The notes below the pieces were generated by a model. That model was not told where the DNA came from and did not search any database. It saw only the letters and a program-made list of their open reading frames with translations. Positions 58,663 to 64,000 of a DNA stretch of 64,000 bases are shown here, one piece after another. The stretch is taken from the NCBI GenBank assembly GCA_964291235.2, contig OZ219815.1, positions 864,001 through 928,000 of the forward strand, read 5' to 3'. The translations under genes and the position numbers were made by a program. Source of the DNA: Vicinamibacteria bacterium (GTDB taxonomy: Bacteria; Acidobacteriota; Vicinamibacteria; Marinacidobacterales; Marinacidobacteraceae). Each line of letters starts with the position of its first letter. The first letter of the stretch is position 1.

Positions 58663-59511
58663 TCAACCGACCGGGGAGATGCCCGCCACCGACGCCAGGA
58701 TGGCGAGGGCGCTCGCCCCCACCAGCCCGAGGGCCCAGAGCGCGTGCCTGCCCCGTTCGGGGCTGAACGCGCCAAAGCGCGACGCCACCAGGTATCCACC
58801 GAGAAAACCGCCGAGATGGGCGGCATTGTCAATCCCCGGAATCAGCGCCCCGAAGATCCCGATGAAGATCACGTAGCGCCAGATCTGGCGCGCGAAATCC
58901 GAACTGGTGCGCCGCCCGAAATAGAGGAGCGCCCCGATCATGCCGCACAGTGAGGCCGACGCACCGACCGTGATTCCCGGCGCCCCTCCCAGGAAAGGAA
59001 TGGCGATCCCCGAAGCCCCCATGAAGGAGGAAAGCAGAAAACCGGTGACGGCCGAAACCTGGTAGATCACGAGCGCCCGGCTGGTCCCGAACATCTCCCC
59101 CACCGCCGGGAACAGGTTCCAGAGCCAGTACATGTTGAAGAAGATGTGAAGCAGCCCGCCGTGAAGCCAGCCCGCGCTCAGGACGGCGGACCACTTGCCG
59201 ACCCCGAATACCGGGATTCCTCCCGCGGCCCCCAGTCGATAGAGGATGCGGCCGTCCGGACTCAGGAAACCGAGGAGCCCCCGCATCTCGATGGCGCCGA
59301 TGCTCAACACCAGCGCCAGCAGGAACAGCCCGATGTTCGCGGCCAGCAGGATCTTCAGGACCCCGGCGGTATCGAAGCGCAGGAGACCGGCAAAGCCGAA
59401 GAGCCCCGGGTTCCGGCGGCCACAGGAAAGGCACTGCTGGTCATTGACGCCGACGAGCTGCCCGCACCCGGGACACAGGACAGCGCCCTCCCGCTTCGCG
59501 CCGAACACCAT
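58663..59511 (-). CDS. Rhomboid intramembrane serine protease with N-terminal zinc ribbon
   Basis: CPGC..CLSC, LHGGLLHIFFN, VGAS, IDNAAHLGG. Confidence 0.92.
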   Translation of the reverse strand: MVFGAKREGAVLCPGCGQLVGVNDQQCLSCGRRNPGLFGFAGLLRFDTAGVLKILLAANIGLFLLALVLSIGAIEMRGLLGFLSPDGRILYRLGAAGGIPVFGVGKWSAVLSAGWLHGGLLHIFFNMYWLWNLFPAVGEMFGTSRALVIYQVSAVTGFLLSSFMGASGIAIPFLGGAPGITVGASASLCGMIGALLYFGRRTSSDFARQIWRYVIFIGIFGALIPGIDNAAHLGGFLGGYLVASRFGAFSPERGRHALWALGLVGASALAILASVAGISPVG

Positions 59512-59515
59512 CGGC

Positions 59516-60643
59516 CTATTCTGACATCTCCCCGCCCCTCCCCCCCTGGGTGAAGAACGAGCGGACGGCGGCGGCAACCTGCCCCGCTTCTTCATCCGAG
59601 AGTCCGGGGTGGAGGGGAAGGCTCAACACCTCCCGGGCAGCCGCCTCCGCCTCCGGGCAGGCCGCAGCCGCCTCCGAAGCGCTTGCAAATGCCGCCTGTT
59701 CCGTGAGCGCGGCCGGATAGTGGACCAGGGTTTCGATCCCGGACCCGGCGAGGTGGCGCCGCAGCGCATCCCGCCGCGGGGTGCGGATCACGAACAGATG
59801 CGAGGACCCGTCCACCTCGCGCCCCGGGGTCACGACGCGCAGCGGCAGGCCGTCGAGCAACTCCCGGTAGCGGCGCGCCAGCGCGGCGCGCCTTCGGTTT
59901 CCCGCGGGGAGACCGGGCAGGCGCTGGTTGAGCACCGCTGCCTGGATTTCGTCGAGGCGGCTGTTCCAGCCCGGCGCGGCGTGGTGGTGGCGCTGCCCCT
60001 GTCCCCCGGAACGGAGGCTTCGGGCCCGCGCCGCGAGCCGCGCGTCCGCGGTCGCCACCAGGCCGGCGTCACCGAGCGAACCAAGATTCTTGGTGGGATA
60101 GAAGCTGAAGGCCGCGGCCGCGCCGAACGAACCGAGGGCCCGGCCCCGATGGCGCGCCCCGTGGGCCTGGCAGGCGTCTTCGATCACCGGGACTTCGTGG
60201 CCGGCCGCGGTCTCGAGCAGCCGCTCCCAGCCGGCGCCGGCGCCTCCGAAGATATGCACCGGAACGATCGCCCGAATGTTCCCCGCGGCGAGCGCCCGGG
60301 CGGCGGCATCGGCGTCGAGACAGAGGCTGCCGGCTTCGACGTCGGCAAAGACCGGGACTGCCCCGGCGTGCTGAATGCCGAGCGCCGTGTAACCGGTGGA
60401 AAACGCGGCCGTCAGGACGCGGTCACCGGAGCCGATACCGGCAGCGGCGAGCGCGATGGTGATGGCGTCCGTGCCCGAGGCCACGCCGACGGCGTGTTCG
60501 ACTCCGATCGCTTCACCGAAGGCCCGCTCGAACGCTTCCACCTCCGGACCGAGGACGAAACGCCCCGAGGCGAGCACCCGCTCCACGGCGGCCCGAACTC
60601 CGGAATCGGCGCCGGCCTCCAGCCGCTGAAAGGGGATTTTCAT
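59516..60643 (-). CDS. DegT/DnrJ/EryC1/StrS aminotransferase
   Basis: ASGTDA, IEDACQAHG, SFYPTKNLG, NSRLDEIQAA. Confidence 0.94.
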   Translation of the reverse strand: MKIPFQRLEAGADSGVRAAVERVLASGRFVLGPEVEAFERAFGEAIGVEHAVGVASGTDAITIALAAAGIGSGDRVLTAAFSTGYTALGIQHAGAVPVFADVEAGSLCLDADAAARALAAGNIRAIVPVHIFGGAGAGWERLLETAAGHEVPVIEDACQAHGARHRGRALGSFGAAAAFSFYPTKNLGSLGDAGLVATADARLAARARSLRSGGQGQRHHHAAPGWNSRLDEIQAAVLNQRLPGLPAGNRRRAALARRYRELLDGLPLRVVTPGREVDGSSHLFVIRTPRRDALRRHLAGSGIETLVHYPAALTEQAAFASASEAAAACPEAEAAAREVLSLPLHPGLSDEEAGQVAAAVRSFFTQGGRGGEMSE

Positions 60644-61590
60644 GACGTTTCGGGCCGCATGGCGCGCACCGTCTCGGCCAAGCCGCGATCGAGGGCCCAC
60701 GCCGGCTCCCACCCCAGATCGCGGCGGATCGCCGACCAGTCCGCGTGGAAGTCACCGATCGCGATGTCCTCCAAGCCGCGCGGAAGCGCCGCAACCCGCA
60801 CGCGCGGCGCTTCGCCGAGGGCCCGGAAGACCGCCGCCGCGAATTCCCCGAGGCGCACCGGCGCCGCGCCCAGGTTCCAGGTCCCGGCGGGAGCCTCCGG
60901 CCGCCCGGCGCGCAGGAAAGCGTCCACCACGTCGTCTACGTAGTTGAAGTCCCGTACCAAATCGGAATCTCCCAGAATGGTGATTTCCCGCCCGGCGAGC
61001 GCATCGCCCACGAAGCGACCGGTCAGGCCGGTTGCCGGCCCGTCCGTCGGCAGTCCCGGCCCGTAGGTGTTCGTGAGCCGGAGGATGGAATACGGAGCCC
61101 CTCGCGCCGCCGCGCTGTGGCGCACGAGATGCTCCGCCGTCTCCTTGTGAACGGAATGGACATCGGGCGGGGCAAGCGGGTGGTCCTCCGCGGCAGGCAG
61201 GCTCTCGGCCCGCCCGTAGAGCTGACGCGTGCTCGCGAACACCACGCGTGCCCGCGGGGCTCGCTTCAGCACCGCGGCGAGAAGCGACACGGTCCCCATG
61301 ACGTTGTCCTCGAAGTCGGCCCGCGGCTGGTCCATGCTCCGGCGGTGGCCATTCGCCGCCGCGAGGTGGAAGACCGCGTCGGCTTCGGCGACCGCATCCC
61401 CGAGCGCTTCGCAGTCGCGCAGGTCTCCCCGCCGGCACCCGAGGTTCGGCGCGGGGAAATCCGGGCGGCAGCGGTCGAAACCGGTGACCCGCGCGCCGGC
61501 GGATGCAAGGTGCTCCGCGAGACGACTTCCGATGAAGCCCGCGGCGCCGGTAACGAGAACCCGGCGCCCGGTCCAGGCAGCGTGCATCAC
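60640..61590 (-). CDS. NAD-dependent epimerase/dehydratase
   Basis: TGAAGFIG, FHLAA, LRLTNTYGP, RDFNYVDD. Confidence 0.9.
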   Translation of the reverse strand: MMHAAWTGRRVLVTGAAGFIGSRLAEHLASAGARVTGFDRCRPDFPAPNLGCRRGDLRDCEALGDAVAEADAVFHLAAANGHRRSMDQPRADFEDNVMGTVSLLAAVLKRAPRARVVFASTRQLYGRAESLPAAEDHPLAPPDVHSVHKETAEHLVRHSAAARGAPYSILRLTNTYGPGLPTDGPATGLTGRFVGDALAGREITILGDSDLVRDFNYVDDVVDAFLRAGRPEAPAGTWNLGAAPVRLGEFAAAVFRALGEAPRVRVAALPRGLEDIAIGDFHADWSAIRRDLGWEPAWALDRGLAETVRAMRPETS

Positions 61591-61638
61591 GGGAACCGCG
61601 CGACCGCGTCTAGCGGGAAAGGCTCCCGCCTCGATTCG

Positions 61639-62541
61639 TCAACCGCCGCTCGCCGACAGAAAGGTTCGGAGGGCTCGCACACCCTCGCAGTTGACAAAAT
61701 CGGGGCCGAACCTCGCGAGCCGTTCCGCCATGACCCGGATCGCGTCGGGGTTGTTGTCCACCAGCACGAAGTCGCGCCGGTTCCGGGCCGCTGCCTCTCC
61801 GAACGAACCGGACCCGGCGAAGAAATCGAGCAGCAGATCTCCCGGGTTCGAATGAACGCGAACGATCCGCTCCAGAACCCCGAGGGGCTTTTGGGTCGCA
61901 TACCCCGTTCGTTCCTTGCCGGTGGGACTCACGATGGTGTTCCACCAGACATCCGTCGGGGTCTTGCCGCGGGCCGCCTTCTCGGCGCCGACGAGCGTCG
62001 GCGCCAGGTAGGGAATCCGATCAATCTCGTCGTAGTGGAAGGTGTATTCGTCAGGGTCCTTCGCATACCAGAGCAGGTTGTCGTGTTTCGGTGACCAGCG
62101 CTTCCGGCTCCGGGCCCCGTAGTCGTACGACCAGATGATCTCGTTGATGAAGGAATCCCGTCCGAAGATCTGATCCAGCAGCACCTTCGCGTAGTGGACC
62201 TCGCGGAAGTCCACGTGAAGAAAGAAGCTGCCGGTCGGGGTCAGTACTCGACGCGCCTCCTCCAGCCGGGGCTTCAAAAACCCCAGGTAATCGTCGTAGC
62301 GGTCGTCGAATCCCGTGGTGCCGAGGCGGACGGTGCGATAGCGGTTGCCGCCGAATCCGGTGCGATCCCCATCCCGGTCGCGGACGGTGCGGAGTCGGGT
62401 CCGCGCTTGTCGGCGATTCGTGTTGAACGGTGGATCAATGTAGATCAGCGAGAACGTGTCGTCGGTGAATCCCCGCAGGGTCTCGATGTTGTCGCCAAAG
62501 ACGATCTGCCGGCGCGGCGCAACGGAATTCAGGACCTCCAC
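61639..62541 (-). CDS. N6/N4 DNA methyltransferase (beta class), orphan
   Basis: IYIDPPF, YATQKP, LDFFAGSGS. Start uncertain. Confidence 0.92.
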   Translation of the reverse strand: MEVLNSVAPRRQIVFGDNIETLRGFTDDTFSLIYIDPPFNTNRRQARTRLRTVRDRDGDRTGFGGNRYRTVRLGTTGFDDRYDDYLGFLKPRLEEARRVLTPTGSFFLHVDFREVHYAKVLLDQIFGRDSFINEIIWSYDYGARSRKRWSPKHDNLLWYAKDPDEYTFHYDEIDRIPYLAPTLVGAEKAARGKTPTDVWWNTIVSPTGKERTGYATQKPLGVLERIVRVHSNPGDLLLDFFAGSGSFGEAAARNRRDFVLVDNNPDAIRVMAERLARFGPDFVNCEGVRALRTFLSASGG

Positions 62542-62681
62542 GGCCGACTTCGCTCCACGCGCTGAGGGTATCGCGGCCCGCGGGGCTTCACCGCACCGCG
62601 CCGTCCGATGGTCCGCGCCCCAGTGCGGTTGCATTCTCACCGAGACCGGTTGGCGCACCGTCCCGGGCTACCGTTCCCGGG

Positions 62682-63404
62682 ATGGACGCGGGCGCCGGAG
62701 AGGAGACCCGGGGCACGCTCTTCGTCGTCGCAACCCCGATCGGAAACCTGGAGGACCTCTCGCCGCGGGCGGTCCGGGTGCTCCGGGACGTGCCCTGGAT
62801 CGCTTGCGAAGACACCCGGGTCGCCCGGCGGCTCCGCACGCATTTCGGCCTCGGCGCCCGCCTCGTCTCCTGCCATGACCACAACGAGGACCGCCAGGTC
62901 GAATTTCTCCTCGGCCGGCTCCGCGGCGGGGAGGATCTGGCCCTGATCTGCGACGCCGGGACCCCGCTGATCTCGGATCCCGGCTACCGGGTGGTTCGGG
63001 CCGCCAGGATCCAGAACCTGCCGGTCCGTAGCGTGCCGGGGCCGTCGGCGGTGGCCTCGGCGCTTGCCGTGGCCGGCCTTCCGACGGACACCTTTACGTT
63101 CTTCGGCTTTCCGCCCGGAAGGCGCGGCGCCAAGCGGCGCGCATTTCTGGAACGGGCGGCAGAGGCGCCCGGGTCGCTCGTCTTCTTCGAGTCAGCGCGC
63201 CGCGCGGGCGGCCTGCTGGATGAGTTGGGAGAAGCCCTGGGTCCCCGCGAGGCCTCGGTCTCGCGCGAGATGACCAAGATCCATGAGGACCACTGGTTCG
63301 GCGTCCTGCCGGACCTCGCCCGGCGGGCGGCGCGCGAACCGCTCCGGGGGGAAGTGACGATCGTGGTGGCGCCGAGAGAACGCAGGAAGCGGGGACGCCC
63401 ATAG
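62682..63404 (+). CDS. rsmI: 16S rRNA (cytidine1402-2'-O)-methyltransferase
   Basis: LFVVATPIGNLEDLS, ACEDTR, DAGTPLISDPG, REMTKIHE. Confidence 0.95.
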   Translation: MDAGAGEETRGTLFVVATPIGNLEDLSPRAVRVLRDVPWIACEDTRVARRLRTHFGLGARLVSCHDHNEDRQVEFLLGRLRGGEDLALICDAGTPLISDPGYRVVRAARIQNLPVRSVPGPSAVASALAVAGLPTDTFTFFGFPPGRRGAKRRAFLERAAEAPGSLVFFESARRAGGLLDELGEALGPREASVSREMTKIHEDHWFGVLPDLARRAAREPLRGEVTIVVAPRERRKRGRP

Positions 63405-63499
63405 AATCCCGGCAAGGATGGGGATATCGACGGCGGGCTCTCGCTGCCCGCCCGCTCATCCGGCTTTCGCCCGGGCCAACCGGCGTGGGGCCCCCGACT

Positions 63500-64000
63500 A
63501 TGGACTTTCTGCTCGTTTACCCCGATCCACCGGAAACAGGATGTTTCCCGTTCTTTGACGCCACCGTCGCCGAGGCCGCGGCCCGGGCCGCGGCCTCTCT
63601 GGACCCGGGCGAACTTGTGGACTGGAGCGGGAACGGAGGGAGCGTCCCTCCCCTGGGGCGGGCCGGGGCCCGGGGCGCCATCCTGCCCCCGGGGACGGTC
63701 GCGCCGCCGATGGACGCAATCCGGAATCTGGTAGCCGCTGCCGACCGCCGGCCGCTGTGCCTCGAAAACACCGCGGGCCAGATCCTCGCCGTTGCCGGAA
63801 CCGCCGAATCCCTCGCACCGGCCGTGCGCCCCAGTTTCCGGGAGACCGTCAGGGCCCTGAATCCGGCGCCGTCCCCGGCGGGTGCGGTGGCGGGCCATAC
63901 CCGGGTCGAGGACGCCGCGACTTGGTCGGCAGCGATCCGGGAGTCCCAACGGCGTACCGCCAAGCGCTTCCTCGCGAGCGGAGTGCTCGTCGAAGACCCC
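63500..64000 (+). CDS. Partial CDS, GlmU-like (3' truncated by window edge)
   Basis: Open frame from ATG 63500 to the end of the window. Ends ...RVEDAATWSAAIRESQRRTAKRFLASGVLVEDP, like the GlmU helical linker preceding the hexapeptide domain. Confidence 0.6.
   Translation, partial: MDFLLVYPDPPETGCFPFFDATVAEAAARAAASLDPGELVDWSGNGGSVPPLGRAGARGAILPPGTVAPPMDAIRNLVAAADRRPLCLENTAGQILAVAGTAESLAPAVRPSFRETVRALNPAPSPAGAVAGHTRVEDAATWSAAIRESQRRTAKRFLASGVLVEDP

Overview
GC-rich bacterial chromosomal window. Gene content suggests an Acidobacteriota-like organism, possibly host- or sponge-associated (inference only). It holds about 55 CDS, two tRNAs (Arg-ACG, Glu-CTC) and dispersed REP/MITE-like repeats. 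Contents from left to right: a tailoring-enzyme cluster (two P450s, HemN-like radical SAM, flavin halogenase-like protein, acyl-CoA ligase); a steroid 5-alpha-reductase/3beta-HSD-like pair; ACC deaminase; tricorn protease; SulP; mmuM; a czc-type metal efflux operon bracketed by identical MITE ends; a hidden selenoprotein split by the ORF track (signal peptide, Trx-like CxxU with in-frame UGA and a SECIS hairpin, CxxCH, PDZ) next to a DsbD-N-like gene; a lower-GC island (VapBC, Fic pseudogene, TIR protein); M1 peptidase; a second VapBC; TonB receptor; a GOB-type (Gln116) B3 metallo-beta-lactamase; sirtuin; a frameshifted amidohydrolase; MltF; and housekeeping genes ending in rsmI and a glmU-like gene with a degenerate N-terminus. 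All calls come from motif recognition by eye; no database search was run.
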